Assembly (NCBI GenBank): GCA_040219255.1
Contig: JAVJSW010000049.1
Location: 160,001-224,000, forward strand
Source: Sumerlaeia bacterium
Lineage (GTDB): Bacteria > Sumerlaeota > Sumerlaeia > SLMS01 > JAHLLQ01
Length of the DNA stretch: 64,000 bases
Reading direction: 5' to 3'
Made by a program: the position numbers and the translations under genes. Each line of letters opens with the position of its first letter. Position 1 is the first letter of the stretch. The notes under the pieces are model-generated. The model did no database searches, was not told the origin of the DNA, and saw only the letters and a list, made by a program, of their open reading frames with translations. Positions 20,707-32,791 of the stretch are shown here, piece by piece.

Positions 20707-21540
20707 ATGCGCATGAGGGTGATTGTGACGGGGTCTGGGACCTCGACGGGGGTGCCTCCCATCGGGTGCGAGGCGCCGGTGTGCCTGTCCGGCGACCCGC
20801 GCAACAAGCGCCTGCGGTCGGGGCTGTACTTTCAGGAACTCGGCGGCCAGAGCAGCCCCCACGCCCCCGGCGAGCACCCGCTGGCCTTTATCGTGGATTG
20901 CAGCCCGGATTATCGCCAGCAGGCCCTGACCCACAAAATCAACCGCATCGATGGGGTTTTGCTGACGCATTCGCATTTCGACCACGTGGCGGGTCTGGAT
21001 GATTTGCGGATTTATAATTTCCGGCAAAAACACGCCCTGCCGCTCTATGGCCCGGCGTGGACGCTGGACGATGTGCGGCGGCGCTGCGATTATTTCTTCA
21101 ACCCGCCGCAGGAAGGCGGCGGCGTGGCCAGTTTCGACCTGCGCCCCGTGGACCCGGCGGTGCCTTTTGTCTTTCTCGACCGCCTCGCTGTCGAGCCGGT
21201 GCCGGTGAAGCACGGCATCGCGGACGTGTTCGGTTACCGGTTCGGCGATTTCGCCCACATCACGGACGCGAGCGAAATCCCGGCGTCGTCTCTGGAGAGA
21301 CTGCGAGGCTGCCGCGTGCTGATCCTGAACGCGCTGCGCAGCCGTCCCCACTCGACGCACCTGAGCCTCGACGAGGCGGTCGAGGTGGCGCGGGATCTCG
21401 CCCCCGAGCAGACCTACTTCGTCCACATGAACCACGAACTCGATCATGAGGAAACGAACGCCAAGCTGCCGCGCGGAATGGCGCTGGCGTACGATGGCCT
21501 GGCCTTCGAGATCGAGGCGCGCGAGGCCACCGCCGAATAA
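20707..21540 (+). CDS. MBL-fold metallo-hydrolase (PhnP/phosphodiesterase-like)
   Basis: GSGTSTGVP, CEAPVC, THSHFDHVAGLDDLR, LAYDGL. Confidence 0.9.
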   Translation: MRMRVIVTGSGTSTGVPPIGCEAPVCLSGDPRNKRLRSGLYFQELGGQSSPHAPGEHPLAFIVDCSPDYRQQALTHKINRIDGVLLTHSHFDHVAGLDDLRIYNFRQKHALPLYGPAWTLDDVRRRCDYFFNPPQEGGGVASFDLRPVDPAVPFVFLDRLAVEPVPVKHGIADVFGYRFGDFAHITDASEIPASSLERLRGCRVLILNALRSRPHSTHLSLDEAVEVARDLAPEQTYFVHMNHELDHEETNAKLPRGMALAYDGLAFEIEAREATAE

Positions 21541-21938
21541 TGGCCCGCAAACCGACCTACTATGAGGTGCTGCAAGTCGCCCCCGACGCCGACCGCGAGG
21601 TGATCCTGGCGGCGTACCGGACGCTGCAGAAGAAGCACCATCCGGATAGTGGCGGTTCGGAGGAGATGGCGCGGCTGCTGAACGAGGCGAAGGGCATCTT
21701 GCTGGATCCGGCGCGGCGGCGGGCCTATGACGAGTATCTGACCAGCCGCAACCGCCCGCGCCCGGCGGCGGCTTCCGGGCAAGACTGGGAGGAAGGCTCG
21801 GGCCGCCTGCCCCGGGTCATCCACAACCACGAGGCGGAGGAGGAAGACGGGGCGGAGCCGATCGTGTGGATTCTGGTGGGGCTGGTGGGGGGGCTGATCG
21901 GAGTGGCATTGCTGGCGTACGCGACAACAGTAAATTAA
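21540..21938 (+). CDS. J-domain protein with C-terminal membrane anchor
   Basis: YYEVLQV, HHPD, LLDPARRRAYD, C-terminal TM. Confidence 0.85.
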   Translation: MARKPTYYEVLQVAPDADREVILAAYRTLQKKHHPDSGGSEEMARLLNEAKGILLDPARRRAYDEYLTSRNRPRPAAASGQDWEEGSGRLPRVIHNHEAEEEDGAEPIVWILVGLVGGLIGVALLAYATTVN

Positions 21939-22085
21939 TGGTACCTGTCAAAAATTAACTTCCGGGGCCCAAAATTGGCCCGCTCCAATGCAACAATTTG
22001 CTTGATTGTGGCTGCCTGGGGGAAGCAGGCTCGGCATTGTGTCTACGACATGGAGTTCAAGTTTATTTTCTGCAAGGAGTGCCTC

Positions 22086-23630
22086 ATGAAGCATTCTCAT
22101 CTTTTGGCCATGCTGGCTGGGTTCGCGGCCGTTCCCGTTCTGGCCCCGGCTGCCACCGCCTTCGTCGACGGCGTGACCACCACGACCATTGAAGCGGCTT
22201 ACGCCTCTCTGAACCGCGCCGACGGCGAAGCGGACGTGATCGACATCGTGGGCGACGCGACCTCCGCGGGTCTCTACATTGACAGCAACGGCGCCACGAG
22301 CGACTCGCTGACGATCGAAGGCAACGGCAACCGGATCACCTTCACCGGTGAACTGGCGAACTTTTCAGCTGGTACCGGCTCTCTGATCGACGTCGACGTC
22401 GCGGCGGGGCAGGAAGTCCGTTTCCAGAACTTCACCATGGTGATCGACTGGGCATCGAGCGGCACGATCGGCCGGACAAACGGCATCCTTGTGGACGAAG
22501 CCGACGGCGTCGGCCCGAACGGCGCCATCGTGGAATTGAACAACGTTCAGCTCCGTATGGTGGACAGCGCCAACAACCTGATTCCGCTGGGTGACAACCC
22601 GGTCGGTTCCTACGGCATCGCGTTTGGCGGCGGGTGGTTCTCGACGCCGGCCAGCACAGCGCAATTCAACTTGGTGGACTGCGTGATTCAGACCAAGCAC
22701 GTGGAAACCGGTGGTTTCGCCAGCGGCTGGGAGTTCTACCTGGACGACATGGCTGCCCTGGTCGACAATTGCTCCTTCTACACTTACGGCCCGGACGATG
22801 GTTCCGGCGGTGGCGATTCGCTGTTCTTCAGCGCCGCTAACGGCGCCGATATCACCGTGCAGAATACCTATCTGACGGCGGAATCGCAGGGCATCAACAA
22901 CAGCAGCAGCAGCGGAATCGGCACTGCGTCGACCACGCTGTTGCTGGACACGATCGTTGTCGAAAACTGCGGCGACTTCGGCGTCGAACTTGACGAGGGC
23001 GTCGTCACCATCGTGAACTCGAGCTTCCTGAACAACGGCCAGGAAGGCCTCAAAGTCGTCGACGGCACCACGGTCGTCACCGGCATCACCGACTCGGTCT
23101 TCTGCAACAACGCGTTCTACGGCATCGAGTTCAACGAAATCGACCTGAGCGTCGATCCGATCATCTCGGGCTGCCTGTTCGTGAACAACGGCAGCGATTC
23201 GGGCCACCAGGGCCAGTTCCGCATCGGCGACACGAACGCCACGACGGCGACGCTGACGATCGTGAACAGCACGTTCCACGACGCGGCCACGACCTACGCG
23301 ATCCGCATCAACTCGGCGCTGACCAATGCCGACATCGACGGCTGCATCTTCACCGGCGACGCCGCCGAGCAGGCCGTGGAAGTGACCGGCTCCGGTTCCT
23401 CCGCCACCATCGACGACAGCGCGGTCGTCCTGATGGCGCAGGGCGATGGCACCTTCACCAACATCACCACGGTCGATCCGTCCTACACGAACACGAACTG
23501 CCCGCCGGACGCGGACAGCTTCGACATCAACGACCCGGCCTACTTCACCGCCGGCCCCGGCGGCGCGCAGCTGACCGGCTTCGGCGATCCGAACCCGGCC
23601 AAGGTCGGTTCGTGGCGCATGCTCGACTAA
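22086..23630 (+). CDS. secreted right-handed parallel beta-helix protein
   Basis: AAGGAG RBS, signal peptide, PbH1-like repeats (NSSFLNNGQEG, SVFCNNAFYG, CLFVNNG); ends VGSWRMLD. Confidence 0.75.
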   Translation: MKHSHLLAMLAGFAAVPVLAPAATAFVDGVTTTTIEAAYASLNRADGEADVIDIVGDATSAGLYIDSNGATSDSLTIEGNGNRITFTGELANFSAGTGSLIDVDVAAGQEVRFQNFTMVIDWASSGTIGRTNGILVDEADGVGPNGAIVELNNVQLRMVDSANNLIPLGDNPVGSYGIAFGGGWFSTPASTAQFNLVDCVIQTKHVETGGFASGWEFYLDDMAALVDNCSFYTYGPDDGSGGGDSLFFSAANGADITVQNTYLTAESQGINNSSSSGIGTASTTLLLDTIVVENCGDFGVELDEGVVTIVNSSFLNNGQEGLKVVDGTTVVTGITDSVFCNNAFYGIEFNEIDLSVDPIISGCLFVNNGSDSGHQGQFRIGDTNATTATLTIVNSTFHDAATTYAIRINSALTNADIDGCIFTGDAAEQAVEVTGSGSSATIDDSAVVLMAQGDGTFTNITTVDPSYTNTNCPPDADSFDINDPAYFTAGPGGAQLTGFGDPNPAKVGSWRMLD

Positions 23631-23680
23631 GCGTAGTGGGCGCAACCTCCTCCTGGATGTGCTAAGTTGAGAGAAGAACT

Positions 23681-23716
23681 GGGCTCCTTCCTTCACCGGA
23701 GGGGGCCCTTTTTCTT
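23681..23716 (+). terminator. rho-independent terminator
   Basis: GGGCTCCTTCC...GGAGGGGGCCC stem followed by a T tract. Confidence 0.65.
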
Positions 23717-23784
23717 ATGGCGGCGCCCGCCTCCAGGCGGGCACCATGGCGGCGAATTTTGCCCATGGAAGAGAATGCCGCGAC

Positions 23785-24429
23785 ATGTCCGAACTGAGAG
23801 TGGAAACCCTGCCTGTGGGGCCGATGCAGGCCAATTGCTATCTCCTGCGCGACGCGGCGCGAAAGGCCTGCGTCGTGGTCGATCCGGGGGGCGACGCGGA
23901 CGACATCGTGGAGGCCATCGGAGATGACCGCGTCGAAGCGATCTGGCTGACGCACGCCCATTGCGATCACATCGGCGGTCTGGAGGCGGTGCGGCTTAAG
24001 ACTGGCGCGCCGGTGTGGCTGCACGCGGCGGAGGCCGATTGGCTTTCCGACGACACCAAGAACCTGGGCGCTTTCATTGGCCTGGAAATCGAGCCGAGCC
24101 GCGCCGATCATCATTGGGGCGACGGCGAGGAGTTGGAAGGGCTGGGGCGGACGTGGCGGATTCTGCACACGCCGGGCCATTCGCCCGGCTGCGTGGTGAT
24201 TCATTGCGCGGCGGAAGCGGCGGCCATGGTGGGCGACCTGATCATGCGGGGCAGCATGGGGCGGGTCGATTTTCCCGGCAGCGACCCCGCCGCGATGGAC
24301 GAGAGCCTGAAGCGCGCGGCCCGCGAGCTGCCGCCGGAGACGCGGCTTTTTTCCGGCCATGGCCCCGGCACCACGATGGCGGCGGAATTGGCCTCGAATC
24401 CTTTTCTGTTGCAGTTGATGCGCGGTTAG
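23785..24429 (+). CDS. MBL-fold metallo-hydrolase (glyoxalase II/YcbL-like)
   Basis: NCYL, THAHCDHIGG, HTPGHSPG, SGHGPGTT. Confidence 0.9.
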   Translation: MSELRVETLPVGPMQANCYLLRDAARKACVVVDPGGDADDIVEAIGDDRVEAIWLTHAHCDHIGGLEAVRLKTGAPVWLHAAEADWLSDDTKNLGAFIGLEIEPSRADHHWGDGEELEGLGRTWRILHTPGHSPGCVVIHCAAEAAAMVGDLIMRGSMGRVDFPGSDPAAMDESLKRAARELPPETRLFSGHGPGTTMAAELASNPFLLQLMRG

Positions 24430-24470
24430 GGAACTTCGATAATTCAGAAGCAAAGTAGAGGATTCGCCCG

Positions 24471-25493
24471 ATGCCTCTCCAAGCCGGTCAGTACGATGAG
24501 CGCCGCGGTGTCCTGAAGGTCCTGCTGGACGAGCACGGCGAGTTGGAGCGGCTGGGCTGGAGCGAGGGCTATTGGCGCAACCCGCTGGTCTTGTGCGTCA
24601 CGGGGGTCCGGGGGGCGCGTTTTCGGGGCGAGGACGCGCTGGCTTACCTGCCGTGGTTCTTTGTCACCGTGCTGGAAATCGCCGCGATCCACGCGGCGAT
24701 TCATTCCTTCGTGCCACCGGGGGTGATGGTGTGGTTGGGGCTGCCGCTGATGGTGGCGGTGATGCTGCTGGGCGGCTTTTGCGGCGCGGTGTGCCAGACG
24801 CTCCACGCCCGTCAGGTGATGCGGCGCTGGAATCTATCCGAACTGCTGCTGACAAACCTGACGGCGCCTGAAATTGCCTATGGCTTTTCGGCCCGGCCCT
24901 TGGCGATTCAGAAGCGGGCCATTTGGGTGAACAGCGCCGTGGCGCTTGTGCTGTGGACGGTGTTCCTTGCCGCCGCGCTCAGCACAGTGCTCGGTGTGGG
25001 CGAGGCCGTCATGCTGCTGATCGTTTACACGGTCTGGCAGTTCCTCATCCGCGTGATTGTGGCCTATGGAGCTGTGGGGGCCGGCAGCGCCCTGGCGCTG
25101 CGCGAGATTCTGCTGCGCGGCGGCGAAGGCGCGGGCTGGCGCGCAGCGGGAACCTGGACCCTGATGGCCTTTTTGATTCTGTTCGCCTTCGAACTGCTGG
25201 TGTTCGTCTATCCGATGACAGTCGGCCAGGCCTCCGCGTCCAATGGCTTTGCCATTCTCAGCGCGATCGCTAGCGTTGTCGTGGGCGGACCGATCCTGAT
25301 GATTTCCGTCGGCGTGGGTTTCTACCATTGGGAGGAAGCCATCCAGAAGGAAATCCTGGCGCGGCGCGGGGAATGGCGCCACACGGCTGACCGGCGCGCG
25401 CCCGCTTCCTCCCGCGAGGCCGCGCTGACCATGGCCCGCGATGTCCTCGAAGGGTTGCGCCTGAGCCTCTGCAAACGGGTGGTCCGAGGGTGA
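24471..25493 (+). CDS. multi-pass membrane protein (paralog of the next gene)
   Basis: Several hydrophobic helices; motifs shared with 25490-26464. Confidence 0.7.
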   Translation: MPLQAGQYDERRGVLKVLLDEHGELERLGWSEGYWRNPLVLCVTGVRGARFRGEDALAYLPWFFVTVLEIAAIHAAIHSFVPPGVMVWLGLPLMVAVMLLGGFCGAVCQTLHARQVMRRWNLSELLLTNLTAPEIAYGFSARPLAIQKRAIWVNSAVALVLWTVFLAAALSTVLGVGEAVMLLIVYTVWQFLIRVIVAYGAVGAGSALALREILLRGGEGAGWRAAGTWTLMAFLILFAFELLVFVYPMTVGQASASNGFAILSAIASVVVGGPILMISVGVGFYHWEEAIQKEILARRGEWRHTADRRAPASSREAALTMARDVLEGLRLSLCKRVVRG

Positions 25494-26464
25494 AGACAAT
25501 GGCGACCTCCACCTCCCAATCCTCCCCGGCTCCCATCCGCCGCCGGCACGGCCCCGCCTTCTGGCTGCGCGCCTGCGCGTTTCTGCGGCTGCCGGGCACG
25601 GAAAAGCTGCTGCGCAACCCGGTGGTTCTGCATATCACGGGTCGGCGGCGGGGCTTCCTGGCGGAGGATGTGGTGGCGCTGACGCCGTGGGTGCTGCTGA
25701 GCATTGTCGAGGTCGTTTACATTCTGGCCAACTGGGGATTCCAGAGCCCGATGGCGTTACTGCCGCTGGCGTTGGCGGAGGGCTTCCTGGCCCCGCCGTT
25801 GGCCGGATTCGCGGCGGGTTTCGCCCAGGTGTTCCATGCGCGGAACGTGCGCGGCATCGTACCGCTGGAGCAATTGGCGGTCACAAAAATCCGGGGCGAG
25901 GAATTGACCGACGGCCTCGCCGCGCGGCCGGTGCAGCTTCAGACGCTGGCGCTCCTGGCGAATACCCAGATCATCCTGTTGCTGTTCCTGGTGAATGTCC
26001 TCTCGGGCGGCGGTTTCTGGGTGATGTGGCCGACGCTGCTGTGGGTGGTGGGATTCCTGGTGCTGCGGTGGCTGTTCGCCCAGGGCAGCTTGCACGTCGG
26101 CTCGGCGCTGGCGTTGCGGGTGTGCCTGCTGGAAGGCGAGGAGGCGGTATGGATGGCGCAGGCGGTCAAGGTGCTGCTGCGGCACTATGCAATGTATCTG
26201 ACCTTCGTGGCGGGGGCCGGGCTGAGCCTTCTATTTGCGGGGCGCTTCGGCCTGCCGCCGGTGCTGGTGGTGATGTTCTGGGTGCTGGCGCTGTTCCGGC
26301 TGATCGCCGAGAGCGCGGACGAAGCGGGCCGCATCCGCCGGGGCATCGCCGCCGACCGCGATTATTGGTGGCTGGCCCGGGGCGCGGACCGCACGGACTG
26401 GGATTTCCGGCCCAGCCTCTACCGCCACCAGAAGCGCGCGCGCATCGTGGTGCGGGATCGGTGA
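25490..26464 (+). CDS. multi-pass membrane protein (paralog of the previous gene)
   Basis: Start overlaps the upstream stop; shared RNP...ED...PW and ARP motifs. Confidence 0.7.
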   Translation: MKTMATSTSQSSPAPIRRRHGPAFWLRACAFLRLPGTEKLLRNPVVLHITGRRRGFLAEDVVALTPWVLLSIVEVVYILANWGFQSPMALLPLALAEGFLAPPLAGFAAGFAQVFHARNVRGIVPLEQLAVTKIRGEELTDGLAARPVQLQTLALLANTQIILLLFLVNVLSGGGFWVMWPTLLWVVGFLVLRWLFAQGSLHVGSALALRVCLLEGEEAVWMAQAVKVLLRHYAMYLTFVAGAGLSLLFAGRFGLPPVLVVMFWVLALFRLIAESADEAGRIRRGIAADRDYWWLARGADRTDWDFRPSLYRHQKRARIVVRDR

Positions 26465-26468
26465 GGGC

Positions 26469-27899
<1,431 letters not shown>

Positions 27900-28040
27900 A
27901 GTGCGGCTCCTGGGGGAACGGTGAGGGGAGAAGGATAGCGACCTTCGCACCAAGGCAAGAATGGGACACGGAATTCACAGAGATCGGAGTTTCGCGAAGG
28001 GGAAACTTTCTGTGTTCATCCGTGCAATCTGTGGCAAGAA

Positions 28041-29804
28041 TCAAAACCGCCAGTCGCTCTCCTCTGGCACGTCCGCGCCCTGCGGCACGAAGAGGCCGAG
28101 TTGGGTGTTGCGGGATTGGAAGGGGCTGCCGGGCAATTCGACGTAGTGGCGCGCGACGGCGTCGGCGATCACCGGTACGCGGCCGGTCTGGCGCAGGTCG
28201 AGGAGCAGAAGAGGGATCTCGCGCCGGCGCAGCATGGCGGCGACTTCCTGCATTTTCAGCATGCCCTCGCCTTCCTCGCCGGTGCCCTTGGTGACGTAGA
28301 ACTGCTCGTTCATCCACTTGATCTGCCAAAGGTAGTTCTCCGCCAGCTCGCCCGCCACCTTGCGATCCGTGGCCCAGGCGTAGAACGGCGGCGCCAGGAT
28401 CGGATCGCCGGGCTGGGTGGTTTGATCGATCAGGCGCATCATCTGGCGCACGCCCGGTTCAGGCAGTTCGGACTGAAGGCCCTCCGTCGTCAGCCACAGG
28501 TTCGTGGCGAAGTTGTGGGGGATCTGGCCTTTGAGAGCCGTCTGCGTATTCTGGAACACGAGCCACCCCGTGAAAATCCCGAACGCGACCGCCAACACCA
28601 GGAACAGCGGCCGCAGAAAGCCGAGCGTCGCGCCGAAGCGGATGCTCTTCATGTCGGCCAGCAGATCGGGCCAGAAGGCGGGCGCGGGCTCGGCGGGTTC
28701 CGCTTTCTCGCGCCGGATCAGGCGCGCCAGCGTCCGCCGCCCCCGCACCAGCCCGTCCGCCGCGAAGAGCGCCACGGCGGGCTCGCCCAGCACGAAGATG
28801 TAGTTCGCGGTGCCGCCCTTGGCCGTGAAGCCGATGGAGAGCCACATGCCCAGCGCGCTCCAGGCGGCGAATTCCCAGCGCCGGTAGCCGTCCGCGTTCG
28901 GGTCGTCGCCGAACTCCCGCAGGCGCTCGCGGGTGCCGAGGGCGAGGCTGAGCGCTGCGAGAAGCAGGAAGGGGGCTTCGAGGACGAGGACTTCGAAGCC
29001 TTGGCTGCGCCATTTCCCCCAGACGTATTCCGGCAGCGAACTGCCCGACGCCGCCAGGATTTCCGGGTTGGGAAAGCTGCCGACCTGATTCAGCACCACG
29101 TTGTCCAGGTACGGAAAGCCCGCCCACGCGTACGCCAACGCCGCCCCCAGCCCCCACACGCCGAGCGCCGCCGTGATGTACGGCACCGCCAGCCGGGGCC
29201 GCCGGCAGAGCAGGAACAGCGCGTTCACCAGGAAATACGGAACGCCCGTCATATTGCAGTGCATCGCCAGGGCGCTCGCCACCCCGGCCCACACCACCCA
29301 CCGCGTCCTCAACGTCAGCAGGCCGCAGAAGGCCGCCATCAGGAACACGATCTCGATGTTTTCGCTCTGCAAGCACAACCCCCACCAGAACCCGATCGGC
29401 AGGAACAGGTACACGCCCGCCGCCATGATCGCACGCGCCATGCAGCCAAAGACCTGACGCGCCGCCACATAGATCAACGCCGCCTGGGCCAGCCGCACCA
29501 GCAGGCAATACAACCGCGCGCCGATCAACTGGCTGTCCGCGACCAGCACCCCCACCTTCTGGGCCAGCGCCGCGAGCGCCAGATGCAGCGGGGGCTGAGG
29601 CGCCAGAATATCCCGGTACGGCACCAGCCCGTCGTTCATCCGCGCCCCTACATACAGGTAATTCCCATCGCCGAAATCCCAATACGTCAAATCCCACAGG
29701 GGAATGTTAACCAGGGCGTAGAGCAGAAACAGGGCGCCGAGGAGGGCGAGTTGGAGGGGGAGGGCGTGGGGGTTGAGGCCTCTTCGGATCATATCGTGGG
29801 GCAT
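28041..29804 (-). CDS. GT-C fold (ArnT/PMT-like) membrane glycosyltransferase
   Basis: DGNYLY...GLVPYRDI...QPP first-loop motif, many TM helices. Confidence 0.7.
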   Translation of the reverse strand: MPHDMIRRGLNPHALPLQLALLGALFLLYALVNIPLWDLTYWDFGDGNYLYVGARMNDGLVPYRDILAPQPPLHLALAALAQKVGVLVADSQLIGARLYCLLVRLAQAALIYVAARQVFGCMARAIMAAGVYLFLPIGFWWGLCLQSENIEIVFLMAAFCGLLTLRTRWVVWAGVASALAMHCNMTGVPYFLVNALFLLCRRPRLAVPYITAALGVWGLGAALAYAWAGFPYLDNVVLNQVGSFPNPEILAASGSSLPEYVWGKWRSQGFEVLVLEAPFLLLAALSLALGTRERLREFGDDPNADGYRRWEFAAWSALGMWLSIGFTAKGGTANYIFVLGEPAVALFAADGLVRGRRTLARLIRREKAEPAEPAPAFWPDLLADMKSIRFGATLGFLRPLFLVLAVAFGIFTGWLVFQNTQTALKGQIPHNFATNLWLTTEGLQSELPEPGVRQMMRLIDQTTQPGDPILAPPFYAWATDRKVAGELAENYLWQIKWMNEQFYVTKGTGEEGEGMLKMQEVAAMLRRREIPLLLLDLRQTGRVPVIADAVARHYVELPGSPFQSRNTQLGLFVPQGADVPEESDWRF

Positions 29805-29808
29805 GGGC

Positions 29809-30252
29809 TCAAATCCCTCGTTCTGAGGGAAGCCTTTCTGGAGAAACGGGAGCCCCGTAGAGGCTCAGAATCTTGGCCAACTCGGTGTTTCGGACATGAA
29901 GTGCCAGGTCCAGCGGTGTTCGTCCAAAGCTTGATCGTTGTTCCAGCATGAGCTTGCTCCGTGAACAGAGCAGATGAACGACGTCCGACGCACTTCCCAT
30001 CACCGCGTGGTGCAGAGCGTTCCGGTCCGCGTTGTCTCCACAGAGGAGATCCGCTCCCTGATCGAGGAGATACTCGATGGTCAGAGGTTGCCGTTTTCTT
30101 GCGGCGCGCATCAGTGCGGTTTCTCCCGAATCGATGGGCGAATCGATCGCCATTCCTGCCGCCAGCGCGGCCCTGACCGCACCAATGTCGCCTTCACCAG
30201 CGGCTTCGACGAACTCCTTGATATCCGCAGCTTCTCGTTCGTACTTCGGCAT
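29809..30252 (-). CDS. ankyrin-repeat protein
   Basis: GETALMRAA, NALHHAV, GRTPLDLAL. Confidence 0.85.
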   Translation of the reverse strand: MPKYEREAADIKEFVEAAGEGDIGAVRAALAAGMAIDSPIDSGETALMRAARKRQPLTIEYLLDQGADLLCGDNADRNALHHAVMGSASDVVHLLCSRSKLMLEQRSSFGRTPLDLALHVRNTELAKILSLYGAPVSPERLPSERGI

Positions 30253-30305
30253 GTCTCTTGCCCCGCCAACCGCCTCTCCGTGTCTCCGCTTCTCCGTGGT
30301 GATTC

Positions 30306-31283
30306 CTAAACCACCCCCGCCACGTCATCCACAATATCCTCGATCCCCCGCTGAGGCGCATAGCCAATCAACTCAGCGATCCGCGTCATGTCTGGTTTGC
30401 GGCGCTGCATGTCTTCGAAGTCCTCGTCGTAGGCTTCCTCGAAGGGAATCGTCTGGATTTCGGAGCGCGAGTCGGTGCGTGCGACGATCAGCCGCGCCAG
30501 GTCCATGATGGTGATTTCTTCCATGCCGCCGACGTTGAAGACGCGGCCCATGGCGCCGGGGGTTTCGAGGAGACCCGCCAGCGCCCCGACCGCGTCGGCC
30601 ACGTGGCAGAAGGTGCGGCTTTGCGAGCCATCGCCGTACACCGTCAGCGGTTCGCCGGCTTTGGCCTGGGCCACAAAGCGCGGGATCACCATGCCGTAGC
30701 GCCCCGTCTGGCGCGGGCCGACGGTGTTGAACAGCCGAGCCACCACGACCGGCAGTTTCTTCTCGCGCGCGTAGGCCAGCGCCAGGAATTCATCGATCAG
30801 CTTCGAACACGCATAGGCCCACCGGGGCCGGCGCGACGCGCCCAGGACCACGTCGTCTTCCTCGGCGAAGGGCAGCTTGGGCGACTTGCCGTAGACCTCG
30901 CTGGTGCTCGCGATCAGGACCCGCTTGCCTTTGCGGGCGCAGGCCTGGAGCACGTTCTCCGTCCCGGCGATGTTGGTTTCGATGGTGTGGACGGGACGTT
31001 CCACGATCAGCCGCACGCCGACCGCCGCGGCCAGGTGATAGACGGCGTCGGCGCGATCCACCGCCTCCGCCAGATCGCGGGGCTCGCGGACGGTGCCGAA
31101 GGTGAAGCGGAAGCGTTCGTTGCCTCGCAGGTGATCGATGTTCGTGATCGAACCGGTGGAAAGATCGTCCAGCACTTCGACCCGGCACCCGGCCTCGATC
31201 AGCAAATCCGCTAGGTGCGACCCGATGAAACCGGCGCCTCCGGTGATGAGAACGTTGTGCGGGGTGATCGGTGGGGATGGCAT
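30306..31283 (-). CDS. NAD-dependent nucleotide-sugar epimerase/dehydratase
   Basis: GGAGFIGSHL, ASTSEVYGK, YACSK, RLFNTVGPRQ. Confidence 0.93.
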   Translation of the reverse strand: MPSPPITPHNVLITGGAGFIGSHLADLLIEAGCRVEVLDDLSTGSITNIDHLRGNERFRFTFGTVREPRDLAEAVDRADAVYHLAAAVGVRLIVERPVHTIETNIAGTENVLQACARKGKRVLIASTSEVYGKSPKLPFAEEDDVVLGASRRPRWAYACSKLIDEFLALAYAREKKLPVVVARLFNTVGPRQTGRYGMVIPRFVAQAKAGEPLTVYGDGSQSRTFCHVADAVGALAGLLETPGAMGRVFNVGGMEEITIMDLARLIVARTDSRSEIQTIPFEEAYDEDFEDMQRRKPDMTRIAELIGYAPQRGIEDIVDDVAGVV

Positions 31284-31468
31284 GGTGGCTCCGGGGCGAG
31301 GGAGGATGAAGGGCTGAAAGCCTTGGGGAGCGGAAGGGTTTGGGGCAAGGGGAAGGGTTGGGTCCGCCGAGTCGCGACAGGACCCGGCGGCGCCCTCGGC
31401 CTCGTCGAAGGGGTGTAGGAAACCGTGACGAAGCCTTCGGGGGCTCGATCGAATTCGCCGGGTCGAGC

Positions 31469-32533
31469 CTACAGCGTGACCCAAACGAGTGCCGCCAGGA
31501 GCGCGATCAACGTCAGCCAAATGCCAAGGGCCGTGCGGGTCATTCGCACGGCGGAGTCTTTCTCCCAATAGGAACGCGGCCCGATGCCCTTGATCGCGAA
31601 GGTGCCTACCGCGGCCAGATTGACGGCGATCACGTTCACCGCCGTCAGCAGCGCGGCGTGGGCCGCTCCGGAAAAGTCGCCCGCGCCGAAGAGCAGGCCC
31701 GTCGTCACGAGCGGCGGCATCAGTGCGACGGCGACCATGACGCCGACAAGCGCCGCGGGGACTCCGGTGGTGACCGCGATGGCGCCGGCCACTCCAGAGG
31801 CGAGGGCGAGGGCGATGTCCGTGTAACCGACCTCGGTGCGACTCAAGATTTCCGCCGTGGAAACGTCCAGACCCGGCACCAAGCCGAGGAGCATGGCCAA
31901 GGTCAGCGCCAAGAACAATCCGATGGCGTTGGTGCGAAGGGCTCCGCGGATCAGCGACCACTTTCCCAGGGTGGTTCCCAGAGCCAGGGCCATGTTCGGG
32001 CCCAGGAGGGGGGCGATCACCATGGCTCCGATGACAACGGCGGTGTTATTTCGGCTCAATCCCAGGGCGGCCACGATGGCGGAGAGAAGCACGGTGATCA
32101 TAAAGGTCCCGGTGGGGGCCGCGTCGCCCCGCAGTCTTTCCTCCAGTTCCTCGATGGCCACGCGGCTGCGCGTCCGGCTTTCCTGCTCCTGCTCCTCGTC
32201 GTTCGGCTCTTCCCGCCCGGTTTCTTCCGGTGCGCCGGTGGCGTCCTCCGCCGCCGGCTCGTCGTCCACCTCGGTCATTTCGGTGGGCCGGGGATAGGTC
32301 GCCATCGCCTCCGCCAGGACCAATCGAAAATGCTCCTCGCCCGCGAACAGCTCCATCAGGCCATGAACCACCGGGTCCACTTCGAAGGCGTCGAGCACCA
32401 GAATCGTCATCAGGCCCCAGCCCGGTTCGTCCACGCCGCACCAGAGAACCGGCAGTTTCTTACCTTCCAGAAACTCGTCCATTTCTTCTTTGCGCGAAAT
32501 GGGAAGGTGGATCTGCAGTTGGCGAAGAGGCAT
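31469..32533 (-). CDS. TIGR00341/DUF389 family membrane protein
   Basis: VIGAMVIAPLLGP, EILSRT, LVGVMVAVALMPP. Confidence 0.88.
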   Translation of the reverse strand: MPLRQLQIHLPISRKEEMDEFLEGKKLPVLWCGVDEPGWGLMTILVLDAFEVDPVVHGLMELFAGEEHFRLVLAEAMATYPRPTEMTEVDDEPAAEDATGAPEETGREEPNDEEQEQESRTRSRVAIEELEERLRGDAAPTGTFMITVLLSAIVAALGLSRNNTAVVIGAMVIAPLLGPNMALALGTTLGKWSLIRGALRTNAIGLFLALTLAMLLGLVPGLDVSTAEILSRTEVGYTDIALALASGVAGAIAVTTGVPAALVGVMVAVALMPPLVTTGLLFGAGDFSGAAHAALLTAVNVIAVNLAAVGTFAIKGIGPRSYWEKDSAVRMTRTALGIWLTLIALLAALVWVTL

Positions 32534-32791
32534 GGCGGAGGCGTTCCGAGGGGGGAATTCGTGCAAGCCCGGCGAGGCTGTCATCGGCCGAGAAGAGCCG
32601 CCAAGAAGGACGGGGAGGTCAAAGACTATTCGCCCGTCCGGGGTGGCCTCGGCCGCGGCCAGAGAGTGTCACCCACAGGGCCATGCGCTGCGCAGCCGGA
32701 GCAGTGGACGGCACAGCGAATCCTGTGGCGCGCCTCTGGCTTACGGTCGGTTTCGGCGGAATGCCGATCGTTACTTCAAGAGGGACGCAGC

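Noticed and set aside
31340-32791. N-terminal extension of the 802-aa ORF 31340-33748
   Set aside because: It overlaps the antisense TIGR00341 gene; the likely start is ATG 32792.
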